Source of the DNA: Blastocladiella emersonii ATCC 22665
Lineage: Eukaryota; Fungi; Blastocladiomycota
Length of the DNA: 64,000 nucleotides
Assembly (NCBI GenBank): GCA_025594325.1
Contig: JANHCV010000016.1
Span: 248,001 to 312,000, forward strand
Reading direction: 5' to 3'
Each line of letters starts with the position of its first letter. Position 1 is the first letter of the stretch. The notes beneath the pieces are model-generated. The model ran no database searches, had not been told where the DNA came from, and saw nothing but the letters and a program-made list of their open reading frames with translations. Positions 1 through 10,662 of this stretch are shown piece by piece. The position numbers and the translations under genes are program-made.

Positions 1-664
1 CGGTCGGGTTGCGCGAGGCCGATGAGCCAGCGCCGGCTGCGGGCGCGGGCGTCGCGGTCGCCGCGGGAGCAGCGCGCGGCGCCGCCGAGGAAGTCGCGCG
101 AGCAGCGGCGGCCGACGAGGACGACGCGACGGCGGCGGGCGGCGGGCGCGAGACCTGGCGCACGTCGATCTGCATGTCCTCCTCAATGTACTTGACGCAC
201 GGCAGGTGGTAGAGCTCGCAGACGGGCAGGTCCTGCGGGAAGTTGACGGCGTAGGCGTTGATGAGGTTGAACTTGCGCAGCACCTTGCCGTCGAGGGTGG
301 CGAGCAGCGCGGGCAGCTGCGCCTCGACGTCGGGGAACGCGCACTTGTCGCCCTCGGCAAAGGCGATCAGGTGGTTGCGGCGCTGCGTGCGCACGCTGGC
401 CGGCGCCGCGAACACGTTGAAGGACGGCGGGCACGCCCGCGGGTCCGTCGAGTCGCGCGCCAGCAGCGCGCGCTTCGCCAGCGCAGGACCCGTCACGTCC
501 GGGTGGTCGTGCGTCGCCTTGGCCAGCAGCGCGTAGAAGGCGTCGAGGTCGCGCGCGGCGTCCGCTGGCGCGGGCGCCGTCGCGAGCAGGACCACGGCAA
601 CGGCGGCGGCAGCCACGAGGGCGACGAGCGGCGATGAGGATGCGCGTGTAGAGTGTTGCTTCAT
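1..664 (-). CDS. Secreted protein with peptidase inhibitor I9 (subtilisin propeptide-like) domain, 3' end outside window
   Basis: Manual translation from ATG at 664: MKQHSTRASSSPLVALVAAAAVAVVLLATAPAPADA (signal) ... NHLIAFAEGD ... GKVLRKFNLINAYAVNFP ... LPCVKYIEEDMQID, the I9 V-x-Y-I-E-E-D motif, then an Ala/Ser/Pro linker running off the window edge. Absent from the ORF track because it has no stop in the window. Confidence 0.7.
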   Translation of the reverse strand, partial: MKQHSTRASSSPLVALVAAAAVAVVLLATAPAPADAARDLDAFYALLAKATHDHPDVTGPALAKRALLARDSTDPRACPPSFNVFAAPASVRTQRRNHLIAFAEGDKCAFPDVEAQLPALLATLDGKVLRKFNLINAYAVNFPQDLPVCELYHLPCVKYIEEDMQIDVRQVSRPPPAAVASSSSAAAARATSSAAPRAAPAATATPAPAAGAGSSASRNPT

Positions 665-2088
665 GGTAGAGCGTGGTTTCAGATGATTCGGTGGGAAGAT
701 GGCGCGAGAGTGCGTGGGAAGAAGGTGGGCGGGCGATGGCGATGGCGAGGGGCGGGCGCGGGCCGCAGACGTCTATGGAGGTGTATCGGTATAGGTCTGG
801 CGAACGGGATCTCTATGAGACACGGGCGGGTGTCTCGGAGCGCGGTCGGGGAGGTGTCGTCGTCGGGGCAGGGTGGTGGTGGTGGTGGTTCGAGGGCAGA
901 GACACGAGGGGGACGATTTCAACAGCGCGCGCACGGCCAGCGTCCGGGCGTTGTCTCGGGAGAGCGAGGAGGGGTCTCAGCGACGACAGCTGGTGCGTGT
1001 GCGGACGGTTGGTCGCTCGCCGTCGCCTGCAGTGATGGTGGTGGGTTGCGAGTGCACCGAGTGCGCGATTCGGGGGGCGACGACGTCGACGGCGACAGCG
1101 CAGGTCCGGGAGGGCGAGTGCCGGCAGGAGCCGATGCACGAGGTCTCTATAGCGTAGCGCCGGCGTGGACGACTGAAGCGGGCTCAAGAGGCGCAGAAGC
1201 GGCGCTGAGGGAGGCGTCGAAGCCAAGTCGCCGTGGCCGCAGCCCCGACGCTCTGAAACGCAGTCGGCGCGCCAGGGACCGGACCCGCCGACTCGACTCT
1301 TTCCGCCTTCGCTCGCGCTTTGATTTCGTCCCAACGCCCGGCCGTACGACGCCATCGTTTCACGATGACCTTGGATCAGAGGACGTCGCCATCCAGATTG
1401 CTCTCGGCCGTGAGCGGGGACCACACCGTCCCCAGAGCCGCTGCAGGCGTGCCGGCGACGTGGAGCCTCGAGCGAAACCCTCGCTGCTGGCGCTCATCGA
1501 TGGCGCTGCGAGCGAGCACAGCAGCAGGGAGGGCCGACGCGAAGGCGGCGACGACCTGCATCACACACGTGAGGGGGGAAATAGCGGGCGACCAATCAAA
1601 CCGCGGCGATCCCTCAGCCACATGGCCCAAATCTCTGGTCCTTGAGCGGCGCCGCAGCTCGCCGACTTCTCGGCCTGCCCGCTTTCGTCCTCCTCGCCCA
1701 CTCTCGCACTCGTCTTCCCGCACCGACGCACACGACGAGACTTGCCGCACCGTGCTGCTGCTGCCTGGCCGACTCTCCGCGACCCTCCGACGCCCGGCCG
1801 CCGCTCCCTCCTGCCGCAACCTCCTCGTCCTCGGCTCGTGCGAGCAACAACCCCGCGAGACTTCCGACCATTGCCCTGCCCTGCAACCGCCCGTGTCCGT
1901 CGTTGACGACGTTGACGCTGCCGCCGCTGCCTCCCCGCCCGCCCGCTCTGCTGCTGGCCGGCGCCTCGCTCCTCCTCTCCTCAACCCCGCGAGCCCTCGA
2001 CGCTTGGCGCTCGCCTAGATTTCCCTAAGACCTAGATAGACGAACCCTCCTTTGCGTTCACCCTTCCGCCCTCCCTCCCTCGCCTCCC

Positions 2089-4371
2089 ATGCATCTCCTC
2101 GCCCAGTCGCGCCCGCGGCGCAGCAGCAGCAGCAGCAGCAGCGGCACCGTGACGTCCGCATCGGCGGCCCTCTTCGCGCTCGTGGCGCTGCTCCTCGCCG
2201 CCGCCACCGTCATCACGCCCGCGGCCGCCCAGCTGCAGACGGGTAGAGACGGCTGCAAGGGCTACGACCTCTCGTCCAGCAAGTACTGCAGCGGTACGTT
2301 CCGCCCTTGGGCGTCGGCTCCTGCGTGTGGTCGCATGGGCTCACTCTTCTCCTACTCGTGAACCCCGATTCTAGGCTTCGCCAGCGTGCTGTACGTGCCG
2401 CCAAACCTGACCCTCGCCCTGCCCTTCGCGCTGGTGCGCAACACCAGCAACCCCACCGACGCCGAGTACCTCTCCCAGTTCAAGGTCGACAACCTGCAGT
2501 CGACCGACGACTTTGACAAGAAGGTCATGGAGAACATCATCCTGGCCAACATCGGCGACCTCAACCACCGCTGGTTCCGGTGCCCGCTGCGCAAGCGCGG
2601 CGTCAAGTGGTCCATGACCTGGTACTGCAACCTGCTGCTCAACTCGCAGCAGTTCTCGTGCCCCAAGCCCTCGGCCCCGTCGCCGCCCTCCATCTGCCGC
2701 CAGTCCACGGACGAGGCGTTCCAGTCGGCCAAGGCCAACGCCTTCGAGGACGACTGCGGCCTCAAGAACAACCCCGACGCCGAGAAGACTTTCAACCGCA
2801 ACCTCGACACGGTCTACTCGTCGTTTGCCCAGTTCCCGCGCACCAACTCGTCGGACGCGGCCACCTGCATCAACGCCGCCACCATCGAGCTGCCGCGCAA
2901 CCTGTGCGGGTTCCCGACCAAGGAGACGGCGTGCGCCAACGGCTGCGCCAACACGTGCTCCGGGTCGGGCGCACCCGGCGCCGGCACGGGCAACAACGTC
3001 GGCGAGAACACGGGCGCGGGCAACGCGACGGGCGGGACCCCCGTAGCGTCCAGCTCGTCGTCGACGCTCGCCATCGTGCTCGGCGTGCTCGGCGGCGTCG
3101 TTCTGCTCGGCGGCCTCGGCGCCGCCTTCGTCTTCTACCCGCGCTGGCGCCGCAACCAGGCCAACGCGTCGCGCAACATGTACATGCAGTGGGACGGGTC
3201 GCAGGGCGGCCAGCCCGGCATGAACGGCGGCGCCATGGGCATGAACCCGAACGGCGGCATGCACCTGAACCCGACGTCCGCGCTCGGGTACAACAACGTC
3301 GGCGGCGGCGGGATCATGCCCGGCAGCAAGCCCGGCAGCCAGCTCGCCTACGGCATGTCGCCGCGCGGCGCATCGGACATTGACGTGCCGACGGTCGGCC
3401 GCCTCGACGGCCTCTCGCTCGCTGTGACGCCCATGGCCGGGTTCGACGCCAAGCCCGGATCGCGCCCCGGCACCCCGCTCACGGCCTCGGCGCCCGGGTC
3501 GCAGGTCGTCGGGTCCGTGCCCTCCCCGCACAACGGGCCCGTGGCCGTGTCGCCGCAGCTCGTGCTTCCCGCCGTGACCCCGCTCGCGATCCCCGACTAC
3601 CTGACGTCGCCCACGGCGCCCGCCGCGACCGCCGCCCCCGGCACCGCCGCCATGCTCGCGATCCCCGCGGCGGCCGCCATCAACGCGGCCGACCAGCCGC
3701 TCCTGCGCCGCCCGCCATCGACCAAGCTGTCGACGGTGACGCCGCCGCCGCGCACGTCCTTTTACGAGAACGACGACATGGAGTCGATTGCGCCCGAGGA
3801 CTCGGCGTCCAACGTCGGCATCAACCCGCGGTACCGCCCCGGCATGCAGTTCCGCCCCGCCTCGCACGTGTTCCCCGGCGGGTCCGCCGGCGCGCCCGGG
3901 CTGCCGCCGACCGCCGCCGCCGTCGTCAAGTCGTCGCCGCTCGCGGCGACCGCCAAGGCCGATGCCGCGGCCGCCGCCGCCGCGACGGAAGAAGCGCGCG
4001 CGGCCGTGGCCAACCTGCCGCCCGTCGGGCGCGTCGTGTTCCCGGACTTCCCGGGCCTCCCCGCGCACCGCGTCTACCACACGTACCTGCCTAAGCTCGC
4101 CGACGAGCTCGCCATCGCGCCCAACGACGTGGTCCACGTCGAGCTCGTGTTCACGGACGGGTGGGCCCAGGGGTGGAAGCTCGACCCCGTCACGGGCGCC
4201 AAGCGTACCGACATGGGCGTGTTCCCCGTCGCCGCGCTCGAGCCGCAGGCGCCACCACCGTCGGCCGCCGCGAGTGCGGCTGCCGCGGGCACGTCCCCCG
4301 GCGCAGGGTCCGCGCTGCTGTCCCAGGCCCAGGGCGTCCCGCTCCCCGCGTCGCCCGCGCCTGGACACTAA
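2089..4371 (+). CDS. Type I membrane protein: signal peptide, Cys-rich ectodomain, one TM, C-terminal SH3 domain
   Basis: Exon 2089-2293, intron 2294-2374 (gtacgt...ctag), exon 2375-4371 in frame with ORF 2386. TM LAIVLGVLGGVVLLGGLGAAFVFY-PRWRR. SH3 HRVYHTYLPKLADELAIAPNDVVHVELVFTDGWAQG...GVFPVAAL. Confidence 0.85.
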
Positions 4372-4933
4372 GTCACAGTCTCTTCTTGTATCGCTACTCT
4401 CCTCTTTCGCTTTTTGTTCCGCTTGTCTTTTGCTCCATCCCGAACCCCGATCCGATCCCAGCGCGCACCCTCACCTCCCCTCCCTCACCACCGCGGTCGG
4501 CCGTAGAAGAGCATACTGACCTGTACCATCCCTCCCTGTCGCGTCGCTCCCGTGTACTATTGTATCATCAAAAAAGCAACCAACGCATTTTTATCAACCG
4601 TGCATGTGTCGCTGCGAGAGGATTCGAGTGCGGGAGCGCGGCCGAGGTCGGTTCGCCGTGGCATGGGCGCGAGTGAAGCTGTGGCCGCGGCCATGGCCAT
4701 CAGCCCTCCTGATGGCCATCGACGACCTTGCCAAGCGCGAAACCGTCGGCTCACTCACGCGACCTCGCCAGAAAGGAGTTGTGTGAGAGCGACCGACCGC
4801 CTTGCACGGTGGGCGAGCGAAGCCGTGGCCGCCACGGCCATGGCCATCAACTTCAAATCCTCGCCTAGCTCTCACACATGGTTCGAGCAAAACATGCGAT
4901 TTCTATTTAACCCGGGGAATCATCGACATCACC

Positions 4934-6266
4934 TCACATCACGACGGCGAGCCCGACCGCCAGCACCAGCGTAACGAGCACGGACCCGACGCCGCCGACC
5001 ACGCTCCGCGCACCTCCACTCGCCGCGTTCGCGCGGTTACTCGCCTGCGGCTTGGGCATCGCCGCAATCTCCTTGGCGCGCGCGACAACCGCCTGCTCAT
5101 CCACGCCCACATCCTTGGCGGCGATAGCCACACACCCAGCGGCAAGCGGCGACTCGCCGCCCTTAAACGTGCGCGCGAGGAGGAACGGCGCCGCGGCCTC
5201 AGCACCGAGCGCGATCTTGTGGCCGAGCGTGTGGTCGCACCGGATGAGCGTGGGCGGGACCGCGGTGACGTTCGACGCGGCGGCGACCGCGAGCGACTGC
5301 ACGTGCGCGGCCGCGTGGAACGCCTTGGTCGTGGCCGCGAACTGCGTGACCAGCACCGCGTCCGTCGGCCCGCCGACCGTCGCGAGCGTCGGGACCACGG
5401 CGCGGCCGGGGGCGAGGTACGCGTACGCGTCGGGCGCCTTTTCGGGGTTCTTGGGCTCGGCTGACGAGACGGACGCGTTCTGCATCGGCGGCGGCGCGTG
5501 CACGAGCCCGCCGCTCCACGCGACGGCCGCAGCGAGATAGTGCGGGCGGAGTAGCGCGAGGTGCGACGTGTGGATGGCGCCGGCCGAGAAGCCCGCGGCG
5601 TAGATGCGCGACGTGTCGATGCGCGGCGACTGCGCCAGGCACGCGACCAGGTCGTCGGCGAGCCACACGTCGTGCATGTTCTCGGACTGCACCAGGTACC
5701 ACTCGAAGCGTAGCGGGCCCAGGATGCTGGCCGGCGCGACGACGAGCGTGTCGCGCACCGAGGTCAGGAACGGCGTGTCCTGCAGGGCCTCGGGTTTGCT
5801 ACATGCACGCGCGCATAGAGTGAGTTTTGCGTGCGCACTCGGCGAGAACGGGCACGACGAACCTGGCAGTGGCGTGCCAGAACAACAGCACGCCGAGCTT
5901 AGCGTCGGGCTGCGACATGGCCGATGCGCCGACGAGCACGCTGCGGTCCTTGGTCGGGTCACTGGCGGGACGGTACCGCGGCGAACTCATGTTGACGTAG
6001 ACGGGCCCGCTGCCGTCCGTGGCGCCGCCGATGCGCATCATGGACCCGGACTTGGTCGCGGCCACGGCGGCCAGCAGCGCGGCGCACGACGTGGATGCAT
6101 CGGCGGGACCGGGCTGGATCAGCGGCGACGTGGGCGGCGAGGGCAGCGTCGACAGGTAGCTCGGCACGGCGAGCGCTGGGTCCTCGGACGTCGCGGCCGC
6201 GGACGCCGTCGTCGCGAGCAGGGCGGCGAGGGACAGGAGGAGTATGGTGGCCCTTGGGATATTCAT
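4934..6266 (-). CDS. Secreted, probably GPI-anchored alpha/beta-hydrolase (PHB depolymerase/LpqC-like esterase)
   Basis: ATG 6266 (MNIPRATILLLSLAALLATTASA signal), intron 5799-5863, joined LLFWHATASKP. Nucleophile motif IDTSRIYAAGFSAG, putative Asp (GGPTD) and His (CDHTLGH). C-terminal small-residue site plus hydrophobic tail (VLVTLVLAVGLAVVM*). Confidence 0.8.
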
Positions 6267-6471
6267 GGCATGCATAGCGACTGTCGAGAGAGGGTGAGTG
6301 CGGGAGCCGGGGGAGCTCAGGGTTTTGAAGGGCGCGAGCCGTGCCAGCGCGCACGTCAGCGCCTCCGCCACCCCGGCTGTGCCGAGCCGCGGCGTATGGA
6401 GCCAAGACCGATGGGACCACACACGATGGCGAACGCGACGCGATGTGAACAGAACGGATGTATTAATCTAG

Positions 6472-7137
6472 CTAGCGCACGAGCAGCTCGCCGTCGTCGG
6501 CCACGTAAGGCTCCGAGTACTCGACGATGTTCTTGTCCGTCTCCCACAGCGTGACCTTGTCGAGCCGCGGTGCGGTGACGCCGTCGCCCGTCTTGCCGAC
6601 GTACTTGGGCAGCGCGGCGGCGAGCGTGCGGTAGACGTAGACGGCGAGGTTCTCGGTGGTGCTCGGGACGCGCTCGCGCGCAAAGTACGGCACGTCGAGG
6701 TCGAGGTTGCGGTGGTCGCACTCGGCCAGCACCGTGTCGGCGAGGCACCGCTTGAGGTCGGCGATGTTGACAACCATGCCTGTCGCCGCGAGGAAAGGGG
6801 AAGAGAGGGAGAAGTGAGGAAAGGATGAGGACGACGGCTGCATCGAACTCAGCCAGCCAACTCGAACAGGGTCTTGCACCCTCATTCGCAAGCGAGGCGG
6901 GGTAGACATACCTGTCGCCGCGTCGATAGGCCCGCGCACGTCGACGCGCAGCGTGTAGTTGTGGCCGTGGAAGTTAACGTGGTTGCACTTGCCGAACACG
7001 GCCGCGTTCTCGGCGTCGCTCAGGTGCGGCGAGTGCAGACGGTGCGCCGCGCTGAACTTTTCCACCCGCGAGATCACGGCCACGGGGCGCGGTCTTGGCG
7101 AGGCGGCAGAGGCGGCGGCGGTCGAGGACATGGTCAT
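6472..7137 (-). CDS. PTS: 6-pyruvoyl-tetrahydropterin synthase (PTPS)
   Basis: FSAAHRLHS, GKCNHVNFHGHNY, DHRNLD, STTENLA, LWETDKN motifs. One 132-nt in-frame intron, 6780-6911. Confidence 0.93.
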   Translation of the reverse strand: MTMSSTAAASAASPRPRPVAVISRVEKFSAAHRLHSPHLSDAENAAVFGKCNHVNFHGHNYTLRVDVRGPIDAATGMSTPPRLRMRVQDPVRVGWLSSMQPSSSSFPHFSLSSPFLAATGMVVNIADLKRCLADTVLAECDHRNLDLDVPYFARERVPSTTENLAVYVYRTLAAALPKYVGKTGDGVTAPRLDKVTLWETDKNIVEYSEPYVADDGELLVR

Positions 7138-7481
7138 GATGTGCGGTGGATGTTGATGCGTAGCAGTTTTTGGAGCCTGTTGCAGGTGCGGGGAGAGAGA
7201 GAGCGGATCGCGAAGGACTCGTCGCTGACACACCCGCGCCACCATCGAGAACCACGCGCTGGGGATCTGCAAGGTCCGCGTGAGGGACACGTGTGGCCCG
7301 ACCGCACGCGTTCCGCCACGCGTTGCTCGTTTTCGGGAGGAAGGTTGCCGTCCGTTTCGCCGCCATGACTCGCTGCCTGCCTGCCTGCCTGCTTCGCGCT
7401 GAGTTGCCTCACCGATCACTCCAGCTGGCTCGCGCTCTCCTCCTACGCACAAACACCACGCAACAGCAACGAACCGAAACC

Positions 7482-8061
7482 ATGTCATCAACCTCTAGTG
7501 TCCCCGCGACCGAGCTGGCCGCGGCCGCCGCCAAGTTCCGCGACCTGCGCGCGCACCCGTCGCGGTTCGGCGGGTCGCCGCTGCAGCCGCACGGCGCCAG
7601 CACCGAGCACGTCGAGTGGGACGAGCGCGTCGACTCGTACGGCGGCGAGAAGCACGCGGCCATGGAGACGCTGCTGCGCGCGCTCGGCGTCCCCGGCACC
7701 CCCGCCAAGGACGTGTTCCAGGCCATGGGCCCGCCCGACGTGGTCCTGCCGTCCGAGGACGCGGTGCGCTCGCTGCAGGCTGGTCCGCAGGCGATCCAGC
7801 AGGGTACGTGAGTGCGCTGTTGCGCGCAGCACAAGTAACTGACGCGAGCTTCTCCGCCGTGTAGCCATCGCTGCATCGGCACACGCAGGCGCGCCCGGCC
7901 CCTTCATCTCGGGCGGCGCCGAAGTCGTGGCCGCGGGCGGGCCGCAGGGCAAGTCATTCCTCGTCTACATGTGGCGCGGCGTCCACGACTACCTGTACTT
8001 CGAGACGGACGACCAGGGCGAGAAGGTGGCCGGCGCCAAGTGGCTCATGGCCGGCGAGTAG
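7482..8061 (+). CDS. Small conserved hypothetical protein, head-to-head with PTPS
   Basis: Exon 7482-7803, intron 7804-7864 (gtacgt...ctgac...gtag), exon 7865-8061. Protein has WDERVDSYGGEKHAAME, MGPPD and FLVYMWRGVHDYLYF...WLMAGE*; strong GC3 codon bias. Confidence 0.75.
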
Positions 8062-8525
8062 TGGGGCTCTGCCCGGGTGAATTGTATCACAGTTCAGAGT
8101 ATCAATGTCTCCCGCTTCTCCCCTCGCGTTGAGTGTTCGGAGCGGCCACGGTGGCCCATGCGAGGCAAGCCTTGCCCCACTCGGTCGGTCATGGTCATGA
8201 ACGACGTCGCGACGCGAGTGCGGGATGGCGCGAGCGCGACGCAACGCGGACCGCGGCGTTCATCCGGCCGTTGTCAACAATGGTGGCCGGCGAGTGGGCG
8301 ACGCCAGCGTGGCTGAACGCCGCGGGCGCAGATGACCTGCCCCATGGAAACGGTCAGATGACGCGCGCCACGGCACGCGACCGCGCGGTGGCTCAGCGCG
8401 CCCCGACGCGTCGGTCGGCAAAAACGCGTTGTGGCTGAACGCGCCGCCGCGTTGCCCTTGCCGTTGTTGCTGGCCGTTCGTTCGCCATCGGTCGCCTTCG
8501 CCCCCGTTCCCGCACACCGCGCCGG

Positions 8526-8533
8526 TATAAAAG
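8526..8533 (+). promoter_or_regulatory. TATA box of DAP-like gene A
   Basis: TATAAAAG in GC-rich context, followed by a CA/CT-rich leader. Confidence 0.7.
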
Positions 8534-8899
8534 TCGCCCGCCGCCCCGCCGCTCCCCTCTCCTGCTCTCCACAGTGTCTCTCGAGACCCAAACCAACGCA
8601 TCAACAACCAACCAGCCCATCGCCCTCTACTCCCTCCCCTCCATCTCTCCCCCTCCGGCTCGTGTCTTGAGCCGCTATACCTTCATCTCATCGCCACCCT
8701 CATCACCACCACCAAGGACTCGCCGCGGCCTCCACCAAGTGCGCTCCTTCTCTTCGCTGATTCCCCGCCCCGCCCCTCCTCCCTCCTCCCTCGCACCTCG
8801 TCGCCACCCGCCGCCGAGGTCTCCAGCAACACGCACACGCGCCAAGCCCGACGTCGCCGCCCAGTCTCACCTCGCGCCGCCGCCGTCGACCCACCGTCA

Positions 8900-9552
8900 A
8901 GTAACAGCACCACCACCACGCCGGCCGTGACCCTCCCCCGACCCGCTCTCGTCCTCGTGTCGCACCCGCAGTAACGCACCACCTGCTCCTCGACCCGCAC
9001 CGCCTTCAGTGTCGGCCGCCTTCTCCAAGCCCCTGCTCGACGACCCCGACGACGCGCACCCGCAGCTCATCTCCGACGTGGACGTCGGCGACTTTTTCCA
9101 GCAACAGCAGCAACAGTCCAAGACCGACATGCCCGTTCCCGCCCACACCAACGCGTCGCCCGCCCAGGTGGTCGGTGGCCGCCGGCGCAAGACGTCGCTG
9201 ACCAGTCGACGAACCGGCTCGCGGTACGGTCTCACTCGTTCGCTCTCGCTTTTCACCTTGATCATCGACTAACGAATCTTCCCGCGCGCGCACGCTCTCC
9301 AGGTCCAACTCGGCTTCGCCACCGCCCGACACGTCGGCGGCCGACGAGGCGCTGCTCGACCTCATCTCCAAGGAGGCGGGCCCGCACCACCGTGCGCCGC
9401 CGTCGCCCGACTCGTCCAAGCTCGAGTCGCGCTACCTGCACAACAAGGCCATGGACAACCACCCGGACCACCTCAACATGCGCCGCACCACCAACGCCAA
9501 GGGCCAGCTCGGCAAGATGACGCCGCTCATGCAGCCCCGCCAGGGCTTCTAA
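8900..9552 (+). CDS. DAP/DAPL1 (death-associated protein)-like small protein, paralogue A
   Basis: Exons 9010-9223 and 9303-9552 (intron 9224-9302 gtacgg...ctaac...ccag). Start is either a split A|TG (8900 + 9010-9011) or the ATG at 9129. Motifs HTNASPAQVVGGRRRK, PPSPD, HNKAMDNHPDH and MQPRQGF*. Confidence 0.65.
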
Positions 9553-9737
9553 GGTCGAGGCCGCCGTCGTCGTGTGCGCGTGGTGTCGTTGTCGCCGAGT
9601 AGTAGTACCATCCCTCTCCCCTCTCTCGCGGCCAGAACATGTGGCCGCGCGAGCGCGCATTGATTGTACATATAATTTTTCCTGGTGAAACGGTCTCTTC
9701 GTCGGCGATGAACGCGATGACGGCGGCGACGAGTGTG

Positions 9738-9995
9738 ATGAAGGTCAGAGCAACGCTCGTGTTCGCCGCCCTCGTGTTCGCCTCTGCCGTGGCGGACAGG
9801 TGCAGCGTCTCCTCGGACTTCGATGGCCGAGCGCTGCGCCAGGCGCTGAGTTGTCGCACAGTCGATCCAGATCGAGTCCTTGCTTCCGGTGCGCAGAAAC
9901 TCAATCGAGGGCATGCCCGCGTGCGAATGAGCTCATCGGCGGCCGGAGGAACGGCTCAGTCTAGGCTCAGTCCCAGCACGCTGACACGGCCGTGA
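9738..9995 (+). CDS. Possible small secreted peptide between the DAP-like paralogues
   Basis: MKVRATLVFAALVFASAVA|DRCSVSSDFDG... is a convincing signal peptide with two Cys after it; weak codon bias and no TATA box seen. Confidence 0.3.
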   Translation: MKVRATLVFAALVFASAVADRCSVSSDFDGRALRQALSCRTVDPDRVLASGAQKLNRGHARVRMSSSAAGGTAQSRLSPSTLTRP

Positions 9996-10288
9996 CACAA
10001 ACCCGCAGCGACGCCCGTCACCAGAGCACGCTCGTGCCCGAGAATCGGTTGGGGAAGGCGGTTTCGCGGATTGAGAGGTGCGTGGGAGCGCGTCAGGATG
10101 ACGAGCTGAGCCGGGCCGGATTGAGTTTTCGCTTTGTGGTGGCGCAGCGAGTTGGACGCGTCACGACGCGTTGCGCCTCGCGGCCCGCGCCCGACCTCCG
10201 CCGGCAACGAACTCAATCACTCCTCGGACGACGGGCCGCGTCGGTTGAGTCAATCCGCTCGCTCGCTTTCGCCCTGGTCCGCCGACCG

Positions 10289-10296
10289 TATAAAAG
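10289..10296 (+). promoter_or_regulatory. TATA box of DAP-like gene B
   Basis: TATAAAAG about 80 nt upstream of ATG 10378 (caccATG context). Confidence 0.75.
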
Positions 10297-10377
10297 GGAG
10301 CCGCGTCCGGCCACCCTCGCTGCTGCTCTCCATTGAGTCTCACCATCACCACCAAGCAAGCAACCCACCAACCCACC

Positions 10378-10662
10378 ATGTCGGACATCAAGACCGCCAC
10401 CGCCGGTTCCGCCACCGAGACCCCGGTCCCGGCGCACACGCACGCGACGCCCGCGGCCATGGTCGGCGGCCGCCGGAGGAAGACGTCGAGCCACGCGCAC
10501 GCGTCGCCACTGCCCGAGTCGGACACGCCGCCGTCGCCCGATACCGCGGCCAAGTACGCCGAGGCGCGCCACATGCAGGACAAGGCGCTCGACAACCACC
10601 CGGACCACGCGCACACGCGCGCGCAGGTCATCACGTCCAAGCCGCTGTTCCAGCCCCGCTAA
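10378..10662 (+). CDS. DAP/DAPL1-like small protein, paralogue B (94 aa, intronless)
   Basis: MSDIKT...HTHATPAAMVGGRRRK...PPSPD...HMQDKALDNHPDHAHTRAQVITSKPLFQPR*. Clear paralogue of 8900-9552; both stops are followed by identical TAAGGTCGAG. Confidence 0.7.
   Translation: MSDIKTATAGSATETPVPAHTHATPAAMVGGRRRKTSSHAHASPLPESDTPPSPDTAAKYAEARHMQDKALDNHPDHAHTRAQVITSKPLFQPR

Noticed and set aside
653-2050. Several 200-330 aa ORFs between the I9 and SH3 genes
   Set aside because: Low-complexity, no codon bias or motifs, overlapping on both strands; likely divergent promoter/UTR sequence.
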